64,000 bases of DNA, from assembly GCF_009834535.1 (NCBI RefSeq), contig NC_045696.1, positions 56,236,001 to 56,300,000 on the forward strand. Direction: 5' to 3'. Both the position numbers and the translations under genes were made by a program. The notes under the pieces were generated by a model, which was not told the origin of the DNA, did not search any database, and saw nothing but the letters and a program-made list of their open reading frames with translations. Shown piece after piece: positions 1 through 13,217 of this stretch (position 1 is its first letter; the number at the start of each line of letters is the position of its first letter). The stretch comes from Camelus ferus (lineage: Eukaryota).

Positions 1-129
1 GAGTGATATATTTTGGCTGAAATCTGAAAAAGTGTAAAAGGGGAAGGAGACAGTGGGATGGGAAAGATAATAAAGGCATGTTAAAAGAAGGCATTGAAGG
101 AGTTTAGTACAATATGGGAATAAAAGGAT

Positions 130-401
130 AGTCAGTCACAAAAGACAATGCATTCCATGATTCTGTTTATATGAGATGTCCAGAATAAGCAAATCTATGA
201 AGACATAAGGTAAACTGGTGGTGGCCTAGGGCTGGGGAGGGAGATGGGAAAGAGAGGACGGAGTGACTGCTAATGGGTAAGAGATTTCTTTGGAGGATGA
301 TGAAAATGTTCTAAAATTAGATTATGGTGATGACTGCACAACCCTGTAAATACACTAGAAATACATGAACTGTACAATTTGAATGAGTGAACTTTATGGT
401 A
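130..401 (+). mobile_element. L1M (L1MB-like) 3' end fragment
   Basis: Typical 3' UTR motifs: GTCCAGAATAAGCAAATCTAT, GATGAAAATGTTCTAAAATTAGATTATGGTGATG. Confidence 0.8.
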
Positions 402-1677
402 GGAAAATACAGACTCCCTAAGAGGATGGGCACCCAAAGCCCAAGACAGTGTGGTTAAAGCACAGTGAGAAAACAAGAATGGAGAGATTGGAGAAGAGTC
501 CAGGCGCTGTATTACCATGCCGTTTTGTAGGCCATTTTAGTATCACTAGATTTAATTAAATGATTTCTTGTCTGATACCTCAGTATCTATTCATTGCAAG
601 TCAAAAACAGTTATCTGAAGAAAGATCCACTCTCTCTCCCACATGGGCTTTACAGCAAAATCAGATAAATAATTTGACTACTTTAGCTATCAGATATTTT
701 AAATGAAACTGATGTTACTGAGAACTGGTTTCTAATCAAGCAGTTTATTCATAAAGTTAGAAAAACAATGACCATCAGTGAAAATAAAACATCTACGTTG
801 TTCTAATTTAAAAATTTATCATCTAAGTTGAGAAAGTGAATTAGTATCATCACTGTTTCTCTCCCAGTAAGTAACAAAGAAAAAAAATTATTTTTTAAAA
901 TTATCAAAAACTCACCATGACCAACCAAACAGTAAGAGAAATAAGAGAAATAAACCACATAAGAGGGGAGGTCAAGGTAAAACACAGAATACTTAGGCCA
1001 CAAGCAGAGGGCATGGCGCCTAACACTGCTCATACTTCTAAAAGTAATTCTGAAGGAAAACGGTAAAAAAGACAAAATACTGAGAATTCCCTAGGATATT
1101 ACTCAATATGGTAAATAAAGTGGAACATGAACATGCCATAGGCAGCTATGGAGCAGGGGTGGTAAGGTAGGGGAGGGAGGGTTCAGGGAAAGTCTGCAGC
1201 TAATGCTTTTTACTCTAAAAACCCTCTACTCGTCACCTGTTAACCTCAGCAAAGGCAGAAAGGCCAACATTTTCCAAGTTACTGCACTAAACTGAGGAAA
1301 AAAACAGAAGTCCCCAAAAGTGGAATATACCCATGGCTTAGTGGTGGAAAAGACATTCAGGAAGGACTGCAATGGCTAGGAGACTGCCCCATTTACCTAG
1401 CAACTAATACCCCTCAGGCTACAGAAGAGTGGAATAAGAAAGAGCTGTCCAACTCAAACATAAAATTTTAAAAACTGACACAAAAACACTACAGGAAAAA
1501 CATGCAAAAGCCAAATCAAGAACTTATCTGGAAGAACAGGGGAAAAAAAAAAGCAAAAACTTCTTCCAAGAGTGTAGTACTACAGAACTTAAAAAAGAAC
1601 ATGAAATAAATAAAACAAGAGTCCAAAGATAAGGTCATAAAACAACAAAGATAAACAAGTAGAATTATTTTGGTTTT

Positions 1678-2139
1678 TGTATTAGTTTCCTGTGGCTGCA
1701 GTAATAATTTATCACAAACTGTGTGGCTTAAAAGAACAGAAATTATTCTCTCACAATCCGGGAAGCCAAAAGCCTGAAATCAAGATGTCGGCAAAGCTAT
1801 GCTCCCTCTGTAGGCTGTAGAAGAGAATCCACTGCTTGCATCTTCTAGTTTCTGGTACCTGTCCACATTACTTGAATCATGGCCTCATGACACAAGATTC
1901 CAATCTCTGTCTTCACAGTCACATAGCCTCCTCCTCTGTGCATCTGCTCTCTTCTGTGTATCTCAGGACATTTATCAATTAGATTTAGACCCCACCCAGA
2001 CAATCTAAGATGATGTCATTTCAAGATCCTAAATTTACCTGCAATCTGCAAAACCCCTTTTTCCAAGTAAGGTAATACTCACAGGTTGCTAGAATTTGAC
2101 ATGGATATCTTTTGGGGGGTTATTTTTCAGTCTACCATA
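1678..2139 (-). mobile_element. MaLR solo LTR (MLT1C/D-like)
   Basis: Begins TGTATTAGTTTCC, ends TCAGTCTACCATA; ~460 bp; flanked by GTTTT/GTTCT (5-bp TSD, one mismatch). Confidence 0.85.
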
Positions 2140-2179
2140 GTTCTCAGTCTGTGTCTTAGCTTAGCAAAACAACCATAGA

Positions 2180-2550
2180 TCTAATAAATAAACCACAAAC
2201 AACAAAGAATAGAAGAGACTTGGTGAAAATTAATACAGGGAGAAAACAGAATCACAATAATGCAGAGGGAATCAATGAAGAGATTAAAGTAATTCTGGAG
2301 AAGATAATAAATGTGGAGAATAAAAATGATAATTATTATTCCAAGAATGGATTCCAACACATAAACAGGAAAACTATTCAAAGATACAAATTTCCTTGAA
2401 ATTGAGCGAACTGTATCTGCAGGACAAAAAGTTACGGTGTACATCAGAAAGAACTGACTCAGAATGATTTGAAGTATCTTGGTTAAACTGAAAGATAAAA
2501 AAAGATTCTATCAGGCATCCAAACAGAAAAAGAATTAGTTACCTACAAGG
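2180..2550 (+). mobile_element. Decayed L1 ORF1 / HAL1-like fragment
   Basis: A-rich; AAAGATAAAAAAAGATTCTATCAGGCATCCAAACAGAAAAAGAATTAGTTACCTACAAGG resembles the ORF1 KDKEKIL-ASR-K-QVTYKG segment. Confidence 0.55.
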
Positions 2551-4879
2551 TGGGAGGGGGCAGGGGATATTTGTGGAAAAACCAACAGACTAGTTATGAA
2601 AAAATAAGCCAAGCTTTTTTGTACCACTGTTTGGCTTAAGATCTTGGAAAAGTTAAGGGAACCTCCTTTGTATACCTCAGTTTCCCCATGTGTAAACTTA
2701 AAGGATTGAATAAATAGGAGCTTTTAGATCTCTTTCAGTTCTGAAGGTATATAATTTCATGGCAGCCAGATGAAGAGGATCAATATCAAACACTAGGTGT
2801 TATGGCCCAATATTCACCTTCCAATTTTTATTCAGTTACAGGTTGGGAAAGAAAGATCTTATTATTTCAGTCACTCTTTCCACCCCCAAGTATACTACCA
2901 TTTTCACCCAGCAAATTAGCAAATATTAAAAAATAAAAAATAAACACTCAATGTTAACAAGGATACAATAAAACTAGGCATCCTAAAACATGATTAGCTC
3001 TTACTGAGTTCTAGAAAGGTTTTATCAGTTTTATACTTCTATTTTCAGTGTTTGAAAATTAATACCTTAAAATTGTTTAAACTGTTCCAAATATCAAGCA
3101 AGAATGTTAGAAAAAAAGGTCACTGAATAAAGAAGGAGTACTTGTTAGGGGCAATGAGAAGGTATCTGCTGAAATGAAGCAAGAGCAGTGAAAGATAAGG
3201 TGTGGGAAAGAACTAAAGGTTTATATCTCCAGGAGTAGTTATCAACATTTGAGCCAAAGAGATCCTATAAGAACTGGTTATTGCAAAGGGGTCTCTAAAT
3301 CCATACACAAACCAACCACTATTGGAACTGAGCAATAAATAATGTCATACCCACAAACATATATAACATATATGCTGACTCTTAAACATGAAATCCTATT
3401 TTGATTAAGTATTTTTTCCTTAAAAGCATCAACAATGACAAACAACAACAAAGCCTTACCCTTTGATCTGGTATTTCCTTTTCTAGAATATGGTGGAAAA
3501 AAGGTAATTTGAAACTGAGAAAATGACTGATTTATACAGACATTCATACTCATTGAAGCAATATATATATATCTCACAAATTGGAACCAATCTAGATGCT
3601 CCAAAATAAGAGAATCATTAGGTTAATATGATAATGCTCACAGTGAATGGAATATAAACAGCCATTAAAATTAATTTTCAAAGAATATCTAAGGTTATAA
3701 GAAAATATCCATGATACAAGATTACATGAAAAAGCAAGTTACAAACTGCTATATATTGTGTGATCCAATTTTGACAAAAAGGTTACACAAGACAAGCACA
3801 TCAAAAAATAAAGTTTTCTCTAGATAGTGAGAATATAGGTAAATTTTTATGTTCTTTTTTGTACCTCTTTGTAATTTCCAAATTCTCTGCAACTGAGCAT
3901 GTAAATTTTTTAAAGATGAATTTGCTTAAAGTTCTAAAAAAAAATTCTCTTCATAGAAGTATTACTGTTATAATCTAACATCTCTTCACTGGGTTTTAAA
4001 TTATCCAAATATGCTTATTTAAGGAACTGTTTAAAGTAAAAATGAGCAAATATCTACTTTTTGAATGATTTACCCTTAGTTCTAAAATTGAGTATAAACA
4101 GCATTAAGACAACATGGATTAAGTGCCTCACTCATAGTCAATGTTTATTCTTCAATCTTATATTCAATATAGAAAAGAGTGACAATAAAATAAGCTGGAT
4201 AAATCATGACTTATTATGATGTATATATAAAAGATTTCCTAAAGGATGCTATCTGTATTCAGATTCAATTTTTATGAACCACTCTGTGAATATTCATTTA
4301 AATCATAAAACAACCAATGAGGTATTACTATTTAACAGGTGAAAGAACTGAAGATGCCAGCCCAGAGCCTCACCATACCACAAGCTAGAACCTACTAAAG
4401 ACAATTTACCTTGCCAAAAACCTGTTCCTTATCCAACAAACTACTTGAAATCATCCAAATTACACCACTAAGGCCCTAGATCCCTCCTGCCAACCAGAAA
4501 CTTTAAAGACTAAATCTATCACACCCCATATACTTGTTTACCTAAGTCTTCACCAGAAATGCTAGCTTCTCTCATTTGCCATTAACTGTCACCCCTCTAT
4601 ATATTCTCTATGTATCTTTCCTGTGTTAGTCAATTTCTCAACCTACCCCTTCTACACTGTCCTCTGAATTCTTACTCTGATCAGCAAACTCCACCTTCCA
4701 GCCTTAAGGAAAACATTACTTCCCCAAGGACACTACTTTCATAAATCCCATGAGGCTGAGGCTATTCAATTTCTCTATGCATCTCAAAATAATGTCCTTC
4801 TTGCTCCCTACTGTCATTTCAGGTACCTTTGGTCATCCAGAGGTTTGGTTATCCAAATCAAAAACAAACAACCCCCCCA

Positions 4880-5560
4880 ACCCCCCATCCCCTGCTTACA
4901 ATTGAGGCCCTCCTATTTATTCTGGTTCCTCTTCTACAAACCTCTTAAGTGTTGGAGTCCTTCTGGGCTTGGTCCAAGATCCCCTTCTCTTCTGTCTCTA
5001 TACACTCCCCAAATGGATCTTACATATCCCTAGAACTTTAAATATACGGTATTTAAACGATTATCACTTGAGAGTTACTGGTTCTCAAATTTATTTCTGT
5101 AGCCCAGACCACTCTTTCAGCCTCTGGAGACCCTTATATTCCACCTCCCTCTTCAGCGTTACACATGTCTATCTTGTGCCTCTGATTTAAAAATTTGAAA
5201 GGGTTCAACATGCTCTAAAAGAATCTTCTATATCTGATTTGATTCTCATCTCATGCCATTCTTCCCCTTACCCACCTATCATTCAATCACACTAGGCTTC
5301 TTTCAATTTACTGGGTACACAAAGCTCTCTGCCTCCACAGGACTCTTACATATTTCCTCTTCCTGGAACATTTTTTCTAGCCCACTAGCCAACTCGTTTT
5401 ATCCTTTAGGTTTCAGCTTGAATATCAGTTCCTCATAGAGAAGCCTTCTCTGTGACCATCCTATCAAAGCAATTTTCCTATGTTGCTATCCTTTCACTAT
5501 AACCAGTTCTTTCCCTTCAAAGCACTTATCACAATTTGTAAATAAGTAAATACACAAATA
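4880..5560 (+). mobile_element. L2 LINE fragment (RT remnant and 3' region)
   Basis: GVLLGLVQDPLLFCLYT...SQIYFCSPD is a decayed L2 GVPQGSVLGPLLFSLYT...DSQIY..SPD; AGCACTTATCACAATTTGTA near the end. Confidence 0.75.
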
Positions 5561-6707
5561 ATGTCCTAACCACATTAAGTATTCAAACTATATCTTTCAA
5601 ATGAATCAAAAATCAGTGAATGGATTTACCCACAACCATACAGCTAACAGAAAAGCAAGATCTGCCCAATCGAAAACCAGTATTCAATATACAATAGTAA
5701 CTGTCCCCACAATGCCTCATCTCAAACATAATGTAGTTACTAACTTTAATATTTAACTAGACTTAATAATACTTACTGGAAAAGGATACGGTAAAGTTTC
5801 AAGACACCTTAGAATGAAAAAATTACAAGGACCAGAATGCTCAGAAATGTAATGGGAGGTCTGAATTTTGGAAAAAGTTATAAAATAACTTTATTTCAAC
5901 ATTTCTCAAAATATTTCTAAAACATTTTTTAATCTGAACAAACAAGAGACAATAACTAATTCAGCAGAGTTTCAAATTTTCACTAACAGAACAACTGTTT
6001 GGAATGAAACATTAAAATATCCAGAAAAAGCAGTAACTTATATTCTTAATTCGGCCCACAAAAACCCTATTTAACACTGGTTAGGAAGGCTTTAGCACTA
6101 AAAATAGTACAAACCGGAGTTCTAGGTTCAGGAAGCAGGACCCTTAGTGAAAGAACACTGAGGATAAAAGAGGAAGGTAAGAGTTATTTGAGTCCCTGGT
6201 TAAGCCCTCTCGTTCTGTGATTCTGCTGTGTCCTAAGGTTCTTTTCTCCATGCCCCAATGCATGCGTTCAACAAGAAACAGAGGAAGAAGAGGGAGGAGA
6301 GAAGGAGAAAAATAGACTTTATGAAACACTTGACAACAATTTCAGTGTTGGGCATATCATATTTCACTTACTTTCACCATCGCACAACGCAGTTATTATC
6401 ATCCTTTGTTTCAGAGAATAATTAACTCTAAGCATATACTCTTTCCAATAACTACTTCTTCAGCAACCTACTCTAATTAAATAATTGTATAATTAACTAT
6501 TCAATGTACTGTCCACAAAGAGATAAACAGTCTGCACTTTACACCAGTTTTCATAGACAGTAAGAGCTCAAAATTTCTTAAATAACTGAATCAATAAATA
6601 AATGAATGAGCAAAGTAAACTGAAGTTCTATCTCCTCTGTGACCTGTCTTAACCATTCTAAACTACAATGATTATTTCTCTTCTGGAGTCACACTGTCTA
6701 TCTCTAC

Positions 6708-7005
6708 CTGTGCTGTTCAATACAACAGTCACCAACTACATGAGGCTTTTGAACACTTGAAAGTGGTTAGAATGAAATGAGACATGCTTTAACATATAAC
6801 AGATTTTGAAGACTTAGTATAAAAAATAGAATTAAAATACCTCAACAAATTTTATATGTATTACATGTTAAAATGTTAGTATTTTTATATAATGGGTTAA
6901 ATAAAATATATCACTAAAGTTAATTCCATCCATTTCTTTTTATTTTCCTAATGCGGCTATTAGAAAATTTTGTGTCTTACAATGTATTTTTACTGAACAA
7001 CACTG
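6708..7005. mobile_element. MER33-like hAT-Charlie MITE
   Basis: Ends CTGTGCTGTTCAATA / TACTGAACAACACTG; flanks ATCTCTAC/ATCTATAA resemble an 8-bp TSD; similar to the copy at 38607. Confidence 0.8.
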
Positions 7006-8554
7006 ATCTATAACCTATGTATTTCTATTTTATAGCATCTCTTATTTAATACTCATGCATGCATGTTTCCCTACAATGAACTGCCCCTGGCCTTATGACA
7101 GTATGAACTGGAGTGTGCTTTTTAAAACAGCTTTAAGTTGTAATTCACATAACATACAATTCACCCACTTAAAGTGCACAGTTCGGTGAGTTTTGGCATA
7201 ATCACAGGCTTGTGCATCCACCATCACAATCAATTTCAGAACATATTCATTACACCAAAAAGAAACTACACTCCTTAGCTGTCATTCCCCAATCCCTCCA
7301 TCTCTAATAGCTGTAGGGAAATATGAATCTACTTTCTATCTCTACAGAGTTGCCTATGCTAGATACTTCATTCAAACAGAATCATGGAGTCTTCGGTGAT
7401 TGGCTTTTTTCACTTAGGATAATGTTTTCCAGGTTCATCCATGTTGAGGTACTTTGATCTCTTACATTTGGCGGGGGGAGCTGATTACTGAGTAATATTC
7501 CATTGTATAGATAGACCCCATTTTTTCCTCCATTTATCAGCTGATAGACATTTGGGTGTTTCTACTTTTTGGCTACCTGTGAATAATGAAGCTATGAACA
7601 TTCATATACATGAACATATGGGTATATATCTAGTAGTGGAATTGCTGGAGTGTAATGTGTAACCATTTGAGGAACTGCCAGATTGCTTTCTGAAGCAGCT
7701 GCACTATTTTATGCTCCCACCTGAGGTATATGAGGGTTCCAATCTACCCACATCCTCACAAACACTTGATATTATCTGACTTTTTTTTATTCTAGCCATC
7801 CTAGCAGATGTGAAGTAGTATTTTGTTACAGCTTTTATTTAGATTTCCCTGATGGCTAATGATGTTGAGCAACTTTCCATGTGTTTACGGACCACGTGCA
7901 TTATCTCCTTTGTAGAAATGTCTGTCAATTTTTAACTGGGTTATTTGTCTTTCTTGTTATTGCACTATAAGAGCTCTTTATATATTCTAGATGAAAGCTC
8001 CTTATCAGATATATGATTTGCAATTATTTTCTCCCTTTCTATGGGTTGTCTTTTCCCTTTCTTGGTGTTTTGAAACATAAATGTTTTTGTTTTTGATAGT
8101 GTTCAATTTATTTATTTTTTCTTTTGTTACTTGTGCTCTTGATGTCATATCTAAGAAGACATTGCCTAATCCAAGGTCATAAAGATTTACTCCTATTTTA
8201 TCCTAAGAGTTTTAAAGTTTTAGCTCTTGCATTCAGGTCTTTAATCTATTTTGAGATAATTTTATATATGGTGTGAGGTCCAACTTCTTTCTGCGTGTAG
8301 TTATCCAGTTATCTCAGACCATTTGTGGAAAAGACTAATAATCTTTTCAAAACCAACTGACCACAAATGTAGGGGTTTCTTTCTAAACTCTCAAATATAT
8401 TCCATTGATCTATACGTCTATCCTTATGCTAGTACCACAATGTCTTGATTATTGTAGCTTTGTAGTAAGCTTTGAAATTGCAAAGTCTAAGTCCTCCAAT
8501 TTTGTTCTTTTTCTTTTCAAGATTTTTTTTTTTTTTTTTTGGTTGTTAAGGGGT

Positions 8555-9025
8555 TGTTATGGATTGAACTGGATACCCAATAAAGGCATGGAAATTCTAA
8601 CCCTGAGAATCCCAGAATATGATTTTGTTTAGAAATAGGGTCCTTACAGAAGTAATCAAGTTAATATGAGGTCATTCTGGTAGACTCTAATCCAATTTGA
8701 CTTGTGTCCTCATTAGAAAAAAGGAAATTTGGGGCACAGAGACCAACACATAGAGGGTAAACAATGTGAAGACACACATGGAAAAGACATTGAAGGTGAA
8801 TGAGTGATGCATCAAGAAGCCAAGGAACACAGAGGACTGTCAACAAACACCAGAAACCTGAAGAGGCAAGGGAAGATTCTTCTCTAAGCTGTCAGAAGGA
8901 GCATGGCCCAGCCAACACCTTGATTTTGCACTTCTAGCTTTTGGAACTGTGAGACAATAAATTTCTGTTGCTTCAAGCCACCTAGTTTTTGGTACTTTGT
9001 TTGGAAGCCCTAGAAAACTAACATA
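8555..9025 (+). mobile_element. MaLR solo LTR (MLT1C-like) nested in L1
   Basis: TGTTATGGATTGAA start, GAACTGTGAGACAATAAATTTCTGTTG poly(A) region, AGAAAACTAACATA end; L1 resumes on both sides. Confidence 0.88.
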
Positions 9026-9235
9026 AGATCCCTTGTATTTCCATATGAATTTTAGTGTCACCTTATCAATTTCTACAAAAAAAAAAAAAAAAAGGCAGTT
9101 TTAACAGGGATTGCATTAATTCTGCGTATCAATTAGGAGTACTGCATCTAAACAATATTAAGTCTTCCAATTCATGAACATGAAATGTCTTTCCATTTAC
9201 TCAGGTCTTCTTTAATTTCATTCAACATTTTATTA

Positions 9236-9425
9236 GAGGAGGATATAGTTCAATGGTAGAGTATATATGCTTAGCATGCATGAGGTCCTGCGTTCAATTC
9301 CTAGTACCTCCATTTAAAATAAATAAATAAATAAATAAATAATAAATAAATAAATAAACAAACAAACAAACAAACAAACCTAATTACCTCCCTCCTGTAC
9401 CAAAAAAATTTAAATTAAGTTTTTA
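9236..9425 (+). mobile_element. tRNA-derived SINE, camelid vic-1-like, with (TAAA)n(CAAA)n tail
   Basis: Pol III A box TAGTTCAATGG (9246-9256), B box GTTCAATTCC (9292-9301), then AGTACCTCCA, A-rich microsatellite and CCTAATTACCTCCC. Confidence 0.82.
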
Positions 9426-11489
9426 AAAACAATGTTTTGTAATTTCCAGAGTACAAGGTTTTGAACTTCTTTTGTTAAATTTATTAGACAATTTATTAAA
9501 CTTACTGTTAAATTTATAAGTATTTTATTTCTTTTGATGCTACTATAAATGGAATTTTCTTAATTTCATTTTCAGTCTGCTCATTTCTACTGTACAGAAA
9601 TACAATTTATTTTTATACACTGATTATCTATGTTGCTAATAAACTCATTTATTAGCTGTAATAGTGGATTAATAGTGGACTTCTTGGACTTTCTATACAC
9701 ATCTACAAATAGAGATAGTTTTACTTCTTTCTTACCAATCCAGATATCCTTGTTTTTTCTGGGTTGTTTTTTTGTTTTGTTTTTTTTTTTGTTTGTTTTT
9801 TTGGACAACTGCCCTAGCTAGAACCTCCAAAATAACATTCAATAGAAGTGGCAAGAGTGGACATCCTTATCTTGCTCCTAATCTTAGGGAAAAGCATACA
9901 GTCTTTCATCATTATGTATGATGTTAGCTCACAGTATTTTCACATATACTCTTTACCAGGTTGAGAAACTTCCTTTTTATTCCTCATTTGTTGAATATTT
10001 TTATCATGAATAAAATGTACTTTTAAAAGTGTCTATTCCACACAATACGTAGCTCGTTGGCACTCTATATGATGTGTTAAATGACTGAAACCCGTATCAG
10101 ATACAACTTGCCAAAAAAAGTGTCTCGGGTTTTTATTTTTTTAATGTAGCACAAAAATATAAGAAAAATATAAACACTAGTTTATTCTGATAATTCAGAA
10201 AATATCTTCATTAAAAATATTTGTTATTGAACTAATTCCAATCATTAATTTTTGTTGTAATTGTTTTATTTTGATGTTTCTTTTTAAACATCCTCAAGGT
10301 ATCACCAATTAAAGTACCCTAAGTTAAAGGGTACCATGACTCATTTAACTGCCAAATGACTCTGAGAATAACGATTTAATTCAAGAAACAAATCCATGTC
10401 ATGTAGCAGTTTTAGGAAAGGAATAGGTTACACAGAGATCAAAATAATAGAATGTCTCAATAAAAGTTTTAGAATCACTGTTAAGACACATTTACAAGTT
10501 CCTTACCAAAGAAATAAAATTAACCTAAAAACCAAATTTGCTTTAATTGACAAAACTCAAAACTTTATAACTCAGCAGGATAGCATTTTCTATCAGTGCA
10601 TTAAACAATTAACATTCCAATATCTTTTTTTTTTTTACTAAATATACAGAAATGCTGAATATAGAAGTATAGAAATATCCATTATTCACTGGCAATTACT
10701 TAGAGCAATTAAAAAAAAACAACACTGCCTGGCTTTTACTCAGGGTGTTGCCCTAAAGATCCCCTGCTTATCCCTCTATCTTACTCAGTCCTAACTTTAA
10801 AAATAGGCAAGCATTTCTTAACTATACTGTAAATGGTTCCTTCATCTACTCTTTGGAAGAAAGGATCAAATGGTAAGATAAAGGAAAAGAATATCTTTAA
10901 AGTAATAGCTTATCCATAGCAATTAAGAAAGATATACTTCTCTATCCAGAAGTTCTATGACATTGAAGAACAGAAGACACATTACCTTAAAGAACTCATA
11001 TTCTTATTGGAAAGATTAACTCAAACAAAACCTAAAATAAATTATTCTAAATATATAAGCAAGTGGATAGTGTGTAACACATCACATGCAAAGAAGTAAA
11101 GTATTTTTTTATAAAGCACCACAGCTCTTCTTTCATCATCATGTTTTACATATAACCTTTATTCTTGAGCTATTTGATATTTACTACGTTTAGAAAACAC
11201 TGAGCATGTAGAATGAAGTAAGCACTCAGTATTCTACATTTTATGCTCTTTAAATGATGATTATTCTTGGTCAGTCATTAAACTCCCTTATGTAAATCTG
11301 CTTCTGCCAGAAAGTCATTAATAACAATAGGAACAGTCCAAGCGTATTGTTTATTCTCATTTAGATTAATTACCATTATTATTTCCCTAGAATTTACAAC
11401 ATGCAGGGAATAAAGTAACTGAGATTAGTGAATGAAAAGTACATAAAACATCTGGGGGTTCTTTATTATTAATAATAACCTTCCGTAAC

Positions 11490-11690
11490 TGTAACATAAG
11501 CAATAGACTATACTGAATGCTTTATATTACATATTTTTCATTTAGCAGAAGAATGGTTTTTATATATGAGGAAACTGAGGCAGTTAAATAACATGTCCAA
11601 GGTCACAGCTAACAAATGGAAAATTTAGAATCTGAATTAAAGAACTGATTTGTTCTAGAGTCCAAGCTCTTACTCAATATGATACTACCT
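11490..11690 (-). mobile_element. MIR SINE
   Basis: Core ATGAGGAAACTGAGGC...CCAAGGTCACAGCTA. Confidence 0.75.
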
Positions 11691-11816
11691 CCTAAACTAT
11701 TTTTAAAATCTATTAAGTCAAAATAATGATAATAATCTCAGGTTTCTTATTTTAATAATCATGATTCACACTTGAGCATGGCTCCATTGAAAGAGGACAT
11801 CAAAAAGGCATGACAG

Positions 11817-13217
11817 GTTTTCAAAAAAAATTATGCTAAATCAATATCTACATCCAAAAACAGAGTTGAATAGAAACTGAGTTTACACCCTTCACAAGTA
11901 TTAAAAAGGATCACAGATCTAAAGTAAAATGCAAAACTATAAAACTTCTAAAAGATAACATACAAGAAAATCAAGGTGGCCATGGGTCTGGTGATGACTT
12001 TTTTTCAGGTACAACACCAAACTCATCCCATGAAAGAGAAACTGGTTAAGGTGGACTTTATTAAAATTAAGAACAGAATACACTGCTAAGAAAATGAAAA
12101 GATAAGCCACAAACTGGGAGAAAATATTTGCAAAACACATACCTAATAAAGGACTTGTATCCGAAATACATGAATAACTCTTAAAACTCAACAAATAACC
12201 CAATTAAAAACAGGTACCTCACAAAAGAAGATATACAGATGGCAAATAAACATATGAAAAGATGCTCAACATTATATATCAATTAGGGAATTGCAAATTA
12301 AAACAAGATACTACTACAAATCTATTAGGATGGCTAAAATCCAAAACACTGACAATACCAAAGGCTGGTTAGGATGCGGAGCAACAGGAACTTTCACTGA
12401 TTGCTGGTGGGAATACAGAAGTGTACAGCTGCTTTGAAACACAATTTGGCAGTTTCCTACAGAACTAAACATATTCTTACCATACAATCCAACAATTGCA
12501 CTCAAGAATATTTACCCAAATGAGGTGAAAACACACCATTCAAAAACCTGTACACAAATGTTTTACAGCAGCTTTATTAATATTTGCCAAAATATGGAAG
12601 CAACGAAGATATCCTTCAATAAGTGAATGGATAAACAAATCTTGGTATATTCATATAATGGAATATTATTAGGCAATAAAGAGAAATGAGCAATGAATGC
12701 CACAAAAATACATGCATATTGCAAAGTCAAAGAAGGATGTCTACAAAGACTACAGCACTGTATGATTCCAACTACATGATATTCAGGAAAAGATATAACT
12801 AGAGAGATAGTAAAAAGATTCCTGGTTGCCAGGAATATGAAGAGAGTAGGAATTATTAAGAGAACGCAGAGGATTTTGAAGGCAGTGAAACTATTCTGTA
12901 TGACATTGTAATTGTGGATAGATGACATTATGCATTTGTCAAAAGCCACAGAACTATCCAAAAAAAGAGTGGACTCTAATGGCAATTATGAATAATAAAC
13001 TATGAACTTTAGCTAATAATAATGTATCAATATTGGCTCAACAATTTCAACAAAAGTACCAAACAATGCAAGATGTTAATAACAGGGGAAACTGTACATG
13101 TGGGGAGAGGGAGTGTATGAGAATTCTTTAGTGGTTTCTGTTCAGTTTTTCTATAAACCTGAAACTGCTCTAAGAAAAAACATTCTATTAATTAAAAAAA
13201 AAAAAAAAAAAAGAAAG
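11817..13217 (+). mobile_element. 5'-truncated L1MC-like LINE with poly(A) tail and TSD
   Basis: ORF2 C-terminal remnant, L1MC-type 3' UTR, poly(A) from ~13194; flanks AAAGGCATGACAG (11804-11816) and AAAGGCATTACAG (13218-13230). Confidence 0.9.

Larger units (their letters stand above)
7117..10011 (-). mobile_element. L1MB-like LINE (3' UTR plus ORF2 remnant), interrupted by an LTR and a SINE
   Basis: Reverse-complement L1 3' end at 7117; ORF2-like peptides in track (LKFIWKYKG; IGKKEVKLSLF...LLQLINEF). Confidence 0.9.

Noticed and set aside
9236..9312. tRNA gene
   Set aside because: A and B boxes are present, but the stems look degraded and a SINE tail follows; it is a SINE head.
12563..12985. 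140-aa and similar hydrophobic F/L/I-rich ORFs across the intron
   Set aside because: Antisense translations of A-rich L1 sequence.
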